From: Desulfosudaceae bacterium
GTDB lineage: Bacteria; Desulfobacterota; Desulfobacteria; Desulfobacterales; Desulfosudaceae
NCBI GenBank assembly: GCA_963674745.2
Contig: CAXXDV010000003.1
Span: 480,001 to 544,000, forward strand
Length of the DNA stretch: 64,000 nucleotides
Direction: 5' to 3'
Shown: positions 1 through 11,017 of the stretch, piece after piece
How the letters are laid out: each line of letters opens with the position of its first letter
How positions within the stretch are numbered: position 1 is the stretch's first letter
Position numbers and translations under genes: made by a program
Notes under the pieces: model-generated
Told to the model about the DNA's origin: nothing
What the model saw: the letters and a program-made list of their open reading frames with translations, nothing else
Database searches by the model: none

Positions 1-1
1 G

Positions 2-676
2 GAAATCGAGATCGAAGACGACTGCTTTAATTTTGACTTGAACCGGGCCAAGAAAATCGCCCGCCTGATCATCGACCGAAAATTAAACCTGGCGCTTTCC
101 TTTCCGACCGGTTTGCGGGCCGACCTCATGGACCGGGAACTGATCGACCTGTTAAAACAGGCCGGTACCTACAGGATCATTTATGCCATCGAAACCGCCG
201 TGCCCCGCCTGCAGCAATTGATCCATAAAAATTTGAATTTTTCCCGGGCTGAAGATACGATCGCCTATACGGCGGACAGTGGTATCATGACCTGTGGTTT
301 CTTCATGCAGGGGTTTCCCACAGAAACTGAAGCAGAGATGCGACAGACCGTCGCCTATGCTGAAAACTCAAAGCTTCACCAGGCCTTTTTCTTCTATGTC
401 AATCCTTTTCCCGGGACAAAAATGGCGGAATTGTTTCCTGTTATGGAAAAACTGGACGGCAGGGACGACAGTATGGGGTACAATACGCTTCGGGTGAATC
501 TGTCCGAAGTGCCTTCTAAAACCCTGAGAAAGATTAACAAATCAGCCTATCGGCGGTTTCATTTTTCGTTCCGGCGCATGTGGCGGACGTTTAAGGTCGT
601 GCCCAAAAATTTCCGTACCCTCTGGGCGGTGGTGATTACATTCGTGCTCAGCTTCCGGGATCTGGACGACTTTTGA
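2..676 (+). CDS. B12-binding-type radical SAM protein, C-terminal part (5' truncated by window edge)
   Basis: Frame is open from base 2 (EIEIEDDCFNFD). It contains GLRADL, YAIETA and GFFMQGFPTET..PFPGT, which are class B radical SAM TIM-barrel motifs. The Cys motif lies outside the window. Confidence 0.8.
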   Translation, partial: EIEIEDDCFNFDLNRAKKIARLIIDRKLNLALSFPTGLRADLMDRELIDLLKQAGTYRIIYAIETAVPRLQQLIHKNLNFSRAEDTIAYTADSGIMTCGFFMQGFPTETEAEMRQTVAYAENSKLHQAFFFYVNPFPGTKMAELFPVMEKLDGRDDSMGYNTLRVNLSEVPSKTLRKINKSAYRRFHFSFRRMWRTFKVVPKNFRTLWAVVITFVLSFRDLDDF

Positions 677-682
677 TCCTTT

Positions 683-918
683 CGTCATTCTGGCGAAAGC
701 CGGAAGCCAGAGCGGGTGAACATTAAAACACGACTGCATCCACAATATATAGAAGGCAGACGGTCTGGAAGGTAAACACCCGTAGAGGGGCACCCCCCTG
801 TGGGTGCCCTATCAGAGGGCGACCCGCCGGTCGCCCCTACAACACCCACCATTATCGCTGAATCTTGACAAAAGGGCACGGCACGCCGTGCCCCTACAAC
901 CTTGAACCCTGAACCTAA
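683..918. repeat. REP cluster: one CGTC-type and three GTAG-type palindromes plus GAACCYT heptamers
   Basis: CGTCATTCTGGCGAAAGCCGGAA; GTAGAGGGGCACCCCCCTGTGGGTGCCC; GGGCGACCCGCCGGTCGCCCCTAC; GGGCACGGCACGCCGTGCCCCTAC, lying between convergent genes. Confidence 0.85.
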
Positions 919-919
919 T

Positions 920-3031
920 TTAAACCTTGAACTTTCTGACCATCTGATTCAGCTTTTCAGCCAGGTCCTTGAGCTCTTCAGCACTTTTGTTCACTTTGGT
1001 ACTGGTTTTCGAGATTTCGCCGGCCGATTGATCAACATTGCCGATTTCTTCGGCTATGCTGATGGCGGCTGATGAACTGTAGGCGATTTCGTTGTTGGTG
1101 TCCTGGATCCCCTGGGACGCCTGGCCTACATTGGCGGCGATTTCCCTGGTGGTGACCGACTGTTCTTCAACCGCTGTGGCAATAGTGGACACGATACTGT
1201 TGATCTCTTCAATGACCTGGATGATATTGTCGATTCCTTCCACGGTCATCATGGTGGAGTTCTGGATGCCGTCAATCTTCTGCTTGATCTGTTCCGTGGC
1301 ATCCGCGGTTTGACGTGCCAGCACCTTGATCTCATCGGCAACCACGGCAAAGCCTTTACCGGCTTCACCGGCCCGGGCGGCTTCGATGGTGGCGTTCAAC
1401 GCCAGAAGGTTGGTCTGTTCCGAAATCTCGGTAATGGTCTCCGTTACCATGCCGATTTCTTCGGCGGCTTTACCGAGTTCATCGATCTGCTGCGAAGCTT
1501 TTCTTGTTTCAACCACGGCTTTTTCAGTAATCTGGTTTGCTTTCCCGGAGTGCTGGGCGATGTCGCTGATGGTTGCCGTCATTTCTTCGGCTGATGAAGC
1601 GATGGAATCCAGTGTGGCCGAACTTTCTTCCATGGCGGTTGCCACGGAATTGACTTTTGAACTCATCTGTTCCGCTGCCCGGGCAACCGAGTTGGCCTTC
1701 ATGGAGACGTTCTCGGCACCGCTCGACATCTGGCTGGAAAGGGTGGACAGCCCGCCGGATGAATTGTTCAATGTTTCAGCATGACCGGAGACGTTTCTGA
1801 TCATGGAATGCATGCTTTCAATAAACACATTGAACCAGTGTGCCAGTTCCCTTACCTCATCCGCTTCATTGGCACCTTTGATGCTGAGTCTTCGGGTCAG
1901 GTCACCTTCTCCTTTGGCAATTATTTTAAGGCCGTCCACAACCTTGAATATGGGGCCTATGGCCCGTTTGATTAAGAGGTGGTTGGTGGGAATAATAATA
2001 ATAAAACAGACAAAGAAAACGATCAGCAGGATTTTGATGGCCTGGATGGTGTTGTCCTTGGCCTTTTGTTTGGAGATCAGGGCGGCGATTACGCCGATAC
2101 ATTTTGACTGGCTGTATATCGGTAAATAACCGGTAAAAAAGCCCCCCTCTTTCTTGATGTTGACGGTATCATGATCGACTTTCTGGCTTTCAAACTGCCA
2201 TGATGATTTAACCTCTGAGTATTGCGTTGAAATTTTCTGAAAAGCGGGCAGGGTTCCGGCGGTCAGTTCACGGCCGACGTAAATGTTAACGGCGGTCTCG
2301 GTTAACCGCCCCATTTCTTCAACAAAGGAGTTATTAAAACGATGGTAGGCGATAACCGTTCCGATCTGGACCGGCTCCATGGCATCGTTTTCCATATTAT
2401 ACTCCAGTACGGTTGATGGCATTCTTACCATCAGCGCAAGAAAATTGTCCGTGAACACAAAGCCGAAATTGTTGTTTCCGAAAATTAGATCCTGATTGTA
2501 TTTTAAACTGATATCGGGCAAGCCTTCCCGAATTGTCCAGTCCTGCTGCTGCAGATTCATATCCGTACCAAGTTCGGTAACATAAAATTTCTGTTCGCCC
2601 TGTTCCCGAAACGGGTACCCGATTATCGACTGCCCTTTGTTTTCCAGCGCGAAGGCCGCCAGATCACCTTCCAGGTCATAAATGGCGATTTTGTGCGTAT
2701 CCGTATCCTGCAGGATGGTGTACAGGGTGTGGGCCACGTTTCTGAAGGCACTTTCGGTCAGAACAGTTTTCTCGTCGGCTTCTTCTTTTGCCATCTGTTT
2801 GAATTTTATCCACATATTGCTGGAAGAAGCGGCACTTTCGGCGTCATCAATCAACTTTTCTTTTATTGAATCGATATTTTTGCGGATGATATTGAAGGTA
2901 AGGTCAATGGCCAGTTCAGAGGCCCTTTTGTTTTGACTGAAAAGCAATAAGGAAACTGCGATAGAGAGCGCGATCAGCAGCATCACCAGGCCAAGACTGA
3001 TTCGTATCGTAATTTTATTTCCGAGTTGCAT
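920..3031 (-). CDS. Methyl-accepting chemotaxis protein (periplasmic sensor, HAMP, signalling domain)
   Basis: Two TM segments, HAMP (GEGDLTRRL) and the hairpin QTNLLALNATIEAARAGEAGKGFAVVADEIK. Confidence 0.95.
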   Translation of the reverse strand: MQLGNKITIRISLGLVMLLIALSIAVSLLLFSQNKRASELAIDLTFNIIRKNIDSIKEKLIDDAESAASSSNMWIKFKQMAKEEADEKTVLTESAFRNVAHTLYTILQDTDTHKIAIYDLEGDLAAFALENKGQSIIGYPFREQGEQKFYVTELGTDMNLQQQDWTIREGLPDISLKYNQDLIFGNNNFGFVFTDNFLALMVRMPSTVLEYNMENDAMEPVQIGTVIAYHRFNNSFVEEMGRLTETAVNIYVGRELTAGTLPAFQKISTQYSEVKSSWQFESQKVDHDTVNIKKEGGFFTGYLPIYSQSKCIGVIAALISKQKAKDNTIQAIKILLIVFFVCFIIIIPTNHLLIKRAIGPIFKVVDGLKIIAKGEGDLTRRLSIKGANEADEVRELAHWFNVFIESMHSMIRNVSGHAETLNNSSGGLSTLSSQMSSGAENVSMKANSVARAAEQMSSKVNSVATAMEESSATLDSIASSAEEMTATISDIAQHSGKANQITEKAVVETRKASQQIDELGKAAEEIGMVTETITEISEQTNLLALNATIEAARAGEAGKGFAVVADEIKVLARQTADATEQIKQKIDGIQNSTMMTVEGIDNIIQVIEEINSIVSTIATAVEEQSVTTREIAANVGQASQGIQDTNNEIAYSSSAAISIAEEIGNVDQSAGEISKTSTKVNKSAEELKDLAEKLNQMVRKFKV

Positions 3032-3214
3032 AGTAATTCCCTTTTATTAATGGTTGGACAAGGGGCAGGATATGTTTCGATTCCGCGGTCGCTGTTATTT
3101 TTGGGGAAAGCAATTTTTTAAGTCCGTTTTTTTACGATATTCTCAAAAAATCTGAATATTTATTCTACGATTAAATATGCTCAATGTCAATATGTGCGGC
3201 TTTGTATCTTCCTT

Positions 3215-4102
3215 TTAACGGTTTATCGCATTATTGAGCAAATGCCTCAGTGCATCCGCCTGTGCCGATGTAATGGTTCCTTTGTCCATGGCCAGCCCGA
3301 TGGCGTGCAAACCCAGATGACTGTATATTGTCAGTAGATCTTTGTTGTGCGCATGAATATGATGCAGGTGATCTTCTATCGTCTTGATGTCTCCCCTTGC
3401 AATCGGTCCGGTCAACGCTTCCGGGATACCCGCGGTTTTAATGTTGTTCAGCGTTCCATGAATCAGGGGGTACAGAATCGTAACGGCATCCTGGCGATCG
3501 ATACCGGCGGACGATAGAAACGAGAAAGCGATATCGATTAGGGATACCAGATAATTTGACGCCACCACAGCGGCGGCATGATAGAGAGATTTGGATTCGG
3601 TCCGGATGGTGAAACAGGTCGCCCCGAGCGCATCTCCAAGCTGTTTGGCTGTTTTTACGGCCTGTTCGTCACCTTCAATGGCCGCGACAATACCGGAGAA
3701 AGGGTTCCTGCCTGACGTGTCCGCCGCGGCAAAACTCTGGAGGGGATGAAAGGAGCCTGTTGCCATTCCCGCGGCACTGGCTGCTTTTAAAATAGTTGAA
3801 GGCAGCGAACCGCTGCAATGCAGAACGATTGAGCCTTCAGAGAATCCGTTGCGTTTGACAATGGCATCGCAGGCTTCAGAAATGGTGTCATCCGGCGTGG
3901 TGATCAATACCAGTCGCGCCCGGGGGGTAATCTCCAGGGGGTCTGTGACGGCCGTTTCCGTTCCGATCGTGCTTGCTGACCGAAGCGCTGAATCTTTTGT
4001 CCGGCAACAGACGCCGGTTATCCGGTAACCGGCGTCAGACAGTTGTTTGCCAATGGCTGTTCCCAGCTTTCCGCCACCTACTACGGCAATCGATATGGTC
4101 AT
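3215..4102 (-). CDS. Rossmann-like/DUF2520 oxidoreductase (PanG-like ketopantoate reductase family)
   Basis: VVGGGKLG, ITTPDD, HCSGS, HPLQSF, YHAAAVVASN and LTGPIARGD motifs. Confidence 0.85.
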   Translation of the reverse strand: MTISIAVVGGGKLGTAIGKQLSDAGYRITGVCCRTKDSALRSASTIGTETAVTDPLEITPRARLVLITTPDDTISEACDAIVKRNGFSEGSIVLHCSGSLPSTILKAASAAGMATGSFHPLQSFAAADTSGRNPFSGIVAAIEGDEQAVKTAKQLGDALGATCFTIRTESKSLYHAAAVVASNYLVSLIDIAFSFLSSAGIDRQDAVTILYPLIHGTLNNIKTAGIPEALTGPIARGDIKTIEDHLHHIHAHNKDLLTIYSHLGLHAIGLAMDKGTITSAQADALRHLLNNAINR

Positions 4103-4116
4103 CTTTTCCTCCCCGG

Positions 4117-5100
4117 TTAAACGTTTCGGAAGATAATCTGACTTCCCTGGGATTCAAAGCAAAAGGGCACATTGGTCAGATGTCCAAGTTCTCGGCTGAC
4201 TTCGCTCTGGCGTTCCGGCGGAACAAAGAGAAGCAGAAAACCACCGCCACCAGCCCCCACGATTTTGCCACCGATGGCACCATTTTTGAGGGCTGAATGA
4301 TAAAAACCATCTATGGTGGAATTGGAAATTTCCGGGCTTAGTTTCCGTTTGGCCATCCAGGATTCATGCAGCAGATCACCGAACCGGATAATGTCTTCGC
4401 TGTCTGTCAGAATAGAAATGCCGCGGTCCACCATTTCCCTCATTTGTTGCATTAATGCGGCTTTTTCTTTCAGGGTTTTGACGTACATCCCGGCAATATC
4501 CGAGGCCGTCCGGCGGATACCGGTATAAAACAGCATCAGGTGGCTGTTTAGCTCATTTGCACGGCTTTTCGCCACTGGTAGCGGAATAACCTCAATGTCG
4601 CCTGAAGGGTGGAAAACGATTTGATTTAATCCGCCCATGGCGACTGAAAACTGGTCCTGGGAACCGACGGTTTCCCGGATCATGTCCTGCTCGATATGAA
4701 TGCTTTCTTCGGCCAGTTGCCGGGCTTCGGGTGGGGAACTTTTTAAGGCATGCAGGGCGTGAAGCAATCCGACCGTAAAGGACGAGCTTGAGCCCATGCC
4801 GCTTCTGGCGGGCAGGTCACCGTTATGATGGATCTCAACACCGTCGGTGAAATTAAGAAACCGGAGGGTTTCGCGAACAGCGGGGTGCTGCACTTCATCA
4901 AATTGCTGACACAATTCAATTTTGGAATAAACGATGCGCAGGCGATGTTCAAAAAAAGGGGGCAGTCGCCGGCAGAAAAGCCAGCAGTACTTGTCAATGG
5001 TAGTGGACAGAACGCTGCCGCCGTTTTCAAGATACCATTGGGGGTAATCCGTGCCGCCACCGAAAAAAGAAATTCTGAAGGGGGTCCGGCTGATGATCAT
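4117..5100 (-). CDS. hddA: GHMP kinase, D-glycero-alpha-D-manno-heptose-7-phosphate kinase-like
   Basis: RTPFRISFFGGGTD, PARSGMGSSS, GSQDQ and GAGGGGF motifs. Confidence 0.85.
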   Translation of the reverse strand: MIISRTPFRISFFGGGTDYPQWYLENGGSVLSTTIDKYCWLFCRRLPPFFEHRLRIVYSKIELCQQFDEVQHPAVRETLRFLNFTDGVEIHHNGDLPARSGMGSSSSFTVGLLHALHALKSSPPEARQLAEESIHIEQDMIRETVGSQDQFSVAMGGLNQIVFHPSGDIEVIPLPVAKSRANELNSHLMLFYTGIRRTASDIAGMYVKTLKEKAALMQQMREMVDRGISILTDSEDIIRFGDLLHESWMAKRKLSPEISNSTIDGFYHSALKNGAIGGKIVGAGGGGFLLLFVPPERQSEVSRELGHLTNVPFCFESQGSQIIFRNV

Positions 5101-5819
5101 ATTTGTCCCTCCAGGGCTGTGAAGAAATCAGCCGCCTCTTTATAGGATTCGGGGGTACCGATGTCGATAAAGGCGTCCTGTGTTGAAAAGCCCATCAGTT
5201 TTCCACCGGTGAGCTTGGGAAAAATATCCTTTTCCAGAGAGCAGGGCGTGTTTTCGGGAAAGGCTTCGATGATGGCCCTGTCAATAAGGTAAATCCCGGC
5301 ATTGGCCAATCCTGGTCCGTTTTTTTCCGGTTTTTCATTAAAGGAAACAACATGCCCCGAAGGATCGATTTCGACGCCTCCGAAACGGCGGGTGTCGGCG
5401 ACGCGTGTCAGCAGAACGGCCGCGTCAGCCGTTTTCTCCTTAAACCAGGTGTAAAATTGATTCAGATCGGTGTGACAGTAAGAATCCCCGTTTATCACCA
5501 GTGACGGCCCTGCCGGCAGCAGGTGGCAGGCGTTGGCCAGTGCGCCGGCCGTATCCAAAGGTGATTGTTCCGGGGAATATGCCAGTTGGATTTTTCCGGA
5601 TTGTTTTCCCAGGGCGTCTTGAATCAAATGACCCAGGTATCCGGTGCAGAAAATCACCCGGCGGACGCCGAACCGCTCCAGGCGGTCGAGCAGGAACGAA
5701 ATAAACGGTTTGCCGTTGACATCCGCCAGGGCTTTGGGGACATCAGGCAGGACCTTTTGGAGCCTTGTCCCGGCACCGCCCGCCAGAATGACAGCGGTTA
5801 TATCTGAAAGCGTATGCAT
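5097..5819 (-). CDS. hddC: Sugar-1-phosphate nucleotidyltransferase (heptose-1-P guanylyltransferase-like)
   Basis: ILAGGAGTRL..PKALA, NGDS, FNEKP and FIDIGTPE motifs; overlaps the hddA start; ATG at 5819 chosen. Confidence 0.8.
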   Translation of the reverse strand: MHTLSDITAVILAGGAGTRLQKVLPDVPKALADVNGKPFISFLLDRLERFGVRRVIFCTGYLGHLIQDALGKQSGKIQLAYSPEQSPLDTAGALANACHLLPAGPSLVINGDSYCHTDLNQFYTWFKEKTADAAVLLTRVADTRRFGGVEIDPSGHVVSFNEKPEKNGPGLANAGIYLIDRAIIEAFPENTPCSLEKDIFPKLTGGKLMGFSTQDAFIDIGTPESYKEAADFFTALEGQI

Positions 5820-5844
5820 GATCTCATTGTTTTTGAAATTATCC

Positions 5845-6175
5845 CCGAACCCCGACAAAAGGGCACGGCACGCCGTGCCCCTACAACATTCGCAAACGTC
5901 CCCATAACCACTCCAGACCCCGGACCGCCCTTACCGCCGTCATTCCGGCGAAAGCCGGAATCCAGATCCGCTGAACATCCAGGCACGACTGTACATCTTT
6001 TGCAAAGACAGCCGGCAACCCGTGACCTCGAATCCGGAACCCTGACAACAGGGCACGGCACGCCGTGCCCCTACAACATCCACCACCATCCCCGATCCTC
6101 GAATTCCTAAGCCTCAAACCACTGTTTCTTAAAACCCTAACACCCTGATACTTTAAAACCCCCGCGTAGCGGGCA
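5845..6175. repeat. REP cluster
   Basis: Two GGGCACGGCACGCCGTGCCCCTAC, one CGTCATTCCGGCGAAAGCCGGAATCCAG and a terminal CCCGCGTAGCGGG hairpin. Confidence 0.85.
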
Positions 6176-7189
<1,014 letters not shown>

Positions 7190-7254
7190 TTAACATGGAT
7201 TTTTCTTCTTTGTTTACAAGATAACAATACTGTGTAAAATAAGACAAATAACGT

Positions 7255-7372
7255 TGTCACCCCGGGCTGTCGGCCTTGGGGCCCGCAGCCGGAATGACGG
7301 CGTTGGATGGTGTAGGGGCAGGCCCCTGTGCCTGCCCTGATATTAAGGGCACCCACAGGGGGATGCCCCTAC
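7255..7372. repeat. REP cluster (CGTC-type plus convergent GTAG doublet)
   Basis: GCCGGAATGACG, followed by GTAGGGGCAGGCCCCTGTGCCTGCCC..GGGCACCCACAGGGGGATGCCCCTAC. Confidence 0.8.
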
Positions 7373-7394
7373 TAATCAGGCGGGGCTTACTACC

Positions 7395-7991
7395 ATGAAA
7401 AAAGAAGATCTTGTTGCTTTTGAAGAGCGGATTAAAACCCTTTTTGAAGCCGGTCATATCAGAGCGCCTGTTCATTTGTCAGGTGGCAACGAAGCGGCCC
7501 TGATCGACATTTTCAAAAAGTATCAGCCGGGAGACTGGATTTTTTCCACCTGGCGCAACCATTACCACTGGCTGCTGTCCGGCAGGGATCCGCAGGAACT
7601 GGAAAGGCAGATCCTGGCCGGTGATTCCATGTCGGTTTTTGATGATCGGTTTTTCACCTCGTCCATCGTCGGGGGAAACGCGCCCATCGCGCTGGGTGTC
7701 GCCCTGGCACTCAAGCTGAAGAAAGAGCGGGCTGCGGTTGATCCTCCGGCTTGCATGGTCTGGTGTTTTATCGGCGATATGGCCGCGTCCGGCGGCCTGG
7801 CGCAAGAGTGCGTTCAATATGCAGAAGGTCATAACCTGCCGGTTACATATATTATTGAAGACAACGGATTTTCAGTGACAACCGATACCCGGGAGGTGTG
7901 GGGCACCGGGAAAACAGTCAAAATCCGTCGTTATGAATACGACCGCCAATATCCCCATGCCGGTACAGGAAAATTTGTGGATTTTGATTGA
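7395..7991 (+). CDS. Short TPP-dependent enzyme, pyruvate dehydrogenase E1 alpha-like subunit
   Basis: PVHLSGGNE, STWRNHYH, SIVGG and the TPP-binding motif GDMAA..IIEDN; only 198 aa. Confidence 0.85.
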   Translation: MKKEDLVAFEERIKTLFEAGHIRAPVHLSGGNEAALIDIFKKYQPGDWIFSTWRNHYHWLLSGRDPQELERQILAGDSMSVFDDRFFTSSIVGGNAPIALGVALALKLKKERAAVDPPACMVWCFIGDMAASGGLAQECVQYAEGHNLPVTYIIEDNGFSVTTDTREVWGTGKTVKIRRYEYDRQYPHAGTGKFVDFD

Positions 7992-7997
7992 GAACCC

Positions 7998-8516
7998 ATG
8001 ACTTATAAAGATTACATTACCCGGGAAATGAACACGCTGGCCGAAAACCCGGATGTGTTTTTTCTGGGCCAGCAGGTGGGAGAGGGTGATTTTTACGGCA
8101 CCCTGAAAGATATTCCTACGGACAGGCGTATCGAGATGCCGGTGGCCGAAGAAATGCAGATGGGCATGAGCATCGGCATGTCTCTGGAAGGTTTATTGCC
8201 GGTGTCCATTTTCCAGCGCATGGATTTTCTGCCCCGGGCCATGGACCAGATCGTGAATCATCTGAACGTTATATCGCAAATGTCCAGGGGAAAATTCTCG
8301 CCCAGGGTGATTATCCGTACGACCATCGGCGGCACTGAACCTTTGCACCCGGGGTTGCAGCACGCCAAGGACCTGATTAAAGGCTTTCAGGCCATGGTGG
8401 ATTTTCCGGTCCTGGATCTGAAAACCAAAGAAGATATTGTGGACGGCTACAAACTGGCACGGGAAGAACCCCGTTCCATCATGCTGGTTGAACGGCAGGA
8501 TTTGTATCACTCATAG
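7998..8516 (+). CDS. Short E1 beta/transketolase pyrimidine-binding subunit
   Basis: IEMPVAEE..GMSIG, DFL.RAMDQIVN and GLQH motifs; 172 aa with no C-terminal domain. Confidence 0.85.
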   Translation: MTYKDYITREMNTLAENPDVFFLGQQVGEGDFYGTLKDIPTDRRIEMPVAEEMQMGMSIGMSLEGLLPVSIFQRMDFLPRAMDQIVNHLNVISQMSRGKFSPRVIIRTTIGGTEPLHPGLQHAKDLIKGFQAMVDFPVLDLKTKEDIVDGYKLAREEPRSIMLVERQDLYHS

Positions 8517-8765
8517 GATTCAAGGATTCAAGGGGTCAAGGGGTGGTTATGGGGACGTTCGCGAATGTTGTAGGGGCACGGCGTGCCGTGCCCTTTTGTC
8601 AAGGTTCGGGGTTGGTGGAGGATGTTGTAGGGGCGGCCCCCTGTGGCCGCCCGGTGAAGGGCACCCACAGGGGGGTGCCCCTACGGGTGCCACGGGCGAA
8701 GCGACAGCTTGCCCGTGATACGTTGACCCGGATCCAGTAGGGACGACCGGCGGGTCGCCCCTACA
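8517..8765. repeat. REP cluster
   Basis: GTAGGGGCACGGCGTGCCGTGCCC, a GTAG doublet and GTAGGGACGACCGGCGGGTCGCCCCTAC. Confidence 0.85.
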
Positions 8766-8789
8766 TACTGAAACGAAACAGACATCATC

Positions 8790-10274
8790 ATGGCAACCAG
8801 AACCGACCTCATTCTCGTTAATCCCGGCAATCAAAAACAGACTTACGGCAGTCTGGGCAATGACCTGGCCGGAATCGAACCTCCGTTGCTGATCGCGCTT
8901 CTGGCGGCCTATCTGCGTCAATACGGCTTTACCGTTCAAATCATTGATGCCGAAGCAGAAGGGCTTGATGCCGAGCAGACCGCCGACAGGATAGCTGCTT
9001 CTGCACCACTGGTAGTGGGTGTCGGCGCCATGGGGGCCAATCCCTCGGCCTCGTCAACCCCTAAAATGGCCGCCATCCGGCCGTTGTTGAATCATATCAA
9101 AGAAAAAAATCTGTCCTGCAAAACCTTTCTGTTCGGTATCCATCCTTCGGCCCTGCCCGAACAGAGTCTCTGGGAAGAGGCGGTTGATTTTGTCGTGCGT
9201 GGAGAAACCTTTTATCCTGTTGAACAGTTGCTTCATCTGGTCCGGTCAGGTGGTGAACTTTCTAATATTAAAGGACTTTGTTATTTACAGGACGGCAGGT
9301 TCATTAACCATGGCCGGGCGGATCTGGTTAAAAATCTGGATGACCTGCCTTCTGCCGCCTGGGACCTGCTGCCCATGGAAAAATACCGGGCCCATAACTG
9401 GCACTGCCTGGATGACCTTGGCCATCGTTCACCCTATGCCGTTATCCATACCGGCCTGGGGTGCCCGTTTAACTGTCATTACTGCAATATCCACGCATTG
9501 TACGACGGAAAACCGGGTATCCGGCTTAGAAGCCCGCAGCGGGTTGTGGCGGATATCGATCTGCTCTATCAACAATACCATGTCCGCCATATCAAAATCA
9601 TGGACGAGCTTTTTGTCATCAACAAAGACCGCTTGCTGGAAATCTGCGACCTGTTGATCAAACGTGACTACGAACTTAACCTCTGGGCCTATGCCCGGGT
9701 TGACACGGTATTTTTGCCCGTTTTAAACAGGCTGAAGCAGGCCGGCGTCAACTGGCTGGCCCTTGGCATTGAAGCCGGAGATCAGAAGGTACGAGAGGGG
9801 GTGGCCAAGGGGCGGTTTGACCGGCAAACCATCGAACAGGCCGTTTCCATGTGCCACGAAGCCGGGATTCATGTGCTGGGAAATTTCATGTTCGGCCTGC
9901 CCGACGATGATATGGAAACCATGCAGGAGACACTGGCACTGGCTCAGAGCCTGAAATGCGAGTACGTCAACTTTTATACTACCATGGCCTACCCGGGGTC
10001 GGCGCTCTATGAGGATGCTGTAAAACAGGGGTGGGCGCTTCCGCAAAGTTGGGAAGGGTATGCCCAGTTTTCCCCGGAAACCCTGCCGTTGCCCACAAAA
10101 CACCTGACGGCAGCCCAGGTATTGGCCTTCCGGGACAAGGCCTTTGAAACGTATTTCAACGATACCGGTTATCTTGGCAGGATCAAAAAAAAGTTCGGTC
10201 CGGAAGCCGTGACCCACATCAGGCAGATGCTGACGCATAAACTGCGACGGAATATTTTATCCCCGGAATCATAG
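8790..10274 (+). CDS. B12-binding radical SAM protein
   Basis: N-terminal B12-binding-like domain (EPPL..ALLAAYL..IIDAEAE), CPFNCHYC, GIEAG and GNFMFGLP. Confidence 0.92.
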   Translation: MATRTDLILVNPGNQKQTYGSLGNDLAGIEPPLLIALLAAYLRQYGFTVQIIDAEAEGLDAEQTADRIAASAPLVVGVGAMGANPSASSTPKMAAIRPLLNHIKEKNLSCKTFLFGIHPSALPEQSLWEEAVDFVVRGETFYPVEQLLHLVRSGGELSNIKGLCYLQDGRFINHGRADLVKNLDDLPSAAWDLLPMEKYRAHNWHCLDDLGHRSPYAVIHTGLGCPFNCHYCNIHALYDGKPGIRLRSPQRVVADIDLLYQQYHVRHIKIMDELFVINKDRLLEICDLLIKRDYELNLWAYARVDTVFLPVLNRLKQAGVNWLALGIEAGDQKVREGVAKGRFDRQTIEQAVSMCHEAGIHVLGNFMFGLPDDDMETMQETLALAQSLKCEYVNFYTTMAYPGSALYEDAVKQGWALPQSWEGYAQFSPETLPLPTKHLTAAQVLAFRDKAFETYFNDTGYLGRIKKKFGPEAVTHIRQMLTHKLRRNILSPES

Positions 10275-10288
10275 AAGGAATATTCGGG

Positions 10289-10996
10289 TCAGCGCCACAC
10301 AAAAAACTCCCGTATAAACTGAAAATAATAAGCCGCACCCCAGCGCCAGATTTGCAGTTTCCGTTCACCACCGATGCGGGGCGGCTCATCTCCCGGTATT
10401 TCGGTTATTTTAAGTTTGCGCTTGGCCGCCCGTACCGATAGCAGCGGTTCGGTTCCGATGCGTGTAAAAAACAGCTTTTCCGCAAGAATGAAGCCCTCGT
10501 CCTTATCCAGCTCAAGATTATAAAAAACACGGGTTTTGTACGCCCGGTAGATGACCATGCAGTCCGTGTACCGGCCGCCATGCAGAATGTTGACGGTCCT
10601 GGTGAAAAGCCAGTTGCCGAAGCCGGTCAGAAAATCGTCGTCAGCACTTTTGGCATTCCCCAGATATCGGGATGCAATCACCATGTCATACCCTTCTTCC
10701 ATTTTGGCGATCAGGCCGGGAATCAGTTCCGGGATCGAGTTGCCGTCCGGACTGAAAGTGATAACAATATCCCCTGTGACATGAGGAAAAGCCTCGTTGT
10801 AGGCATGCCTCAGTCCCGGACGACTCTGTTTGATCAGAACCCACCCGTTTTCCTGCGTGTATTCGATGGTGCCGTCAGTCGAGCCGCCGTCAACAATGAT
10901 AATCTGATCACACCATTCTTTTTTAATGCGCGGCATGATGGCCTTCATGCCGGTTATTTCATTCAGGGTCGGGATTAAAAGTGTGACAGTCATCAT
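10289..10996 (-). CDS. GT2 glycosyltransferase, polyprenol-phosphate glycosyltransferase (DPM1-like)
   Basis: IPTLNE, VDGGSTDGT, DMVIASRY, YTD..YRAY and EPPRIGGE motifs; 235 aa. Confidence 0.85.
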   Translation of the reverse strand: MMTVTLLIPTLNEITGMKAIMPRIKKEWCDQIIIVDGGSTDGTIEYTQENGWVLIKQSRPGLRHAYNEAFPHVTGDIVITFSPDGNSIPELIPGLIAKMEEGYDMVIASRYLGNAKSADDDFLTGFGNWLFTRTVNILHGGRYTDCMVIYRAYKTRVFYNLELDKDEGFILAEKLFFTRIGTEPLLSVRAAKRKLKITEIPGDEPPRIGGERKLQIWRWGAAYYFQFIREFFVWR

Positions 10997-11017
10997 CGGT
11001 CCAGTTTTCCGGTCTTT

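Noticed and set aside
7395..8516. pdhA/pdhB
   Set aside because: The subunits are too short, E2/E3 are absent, and the context is glycan biosynthesis.
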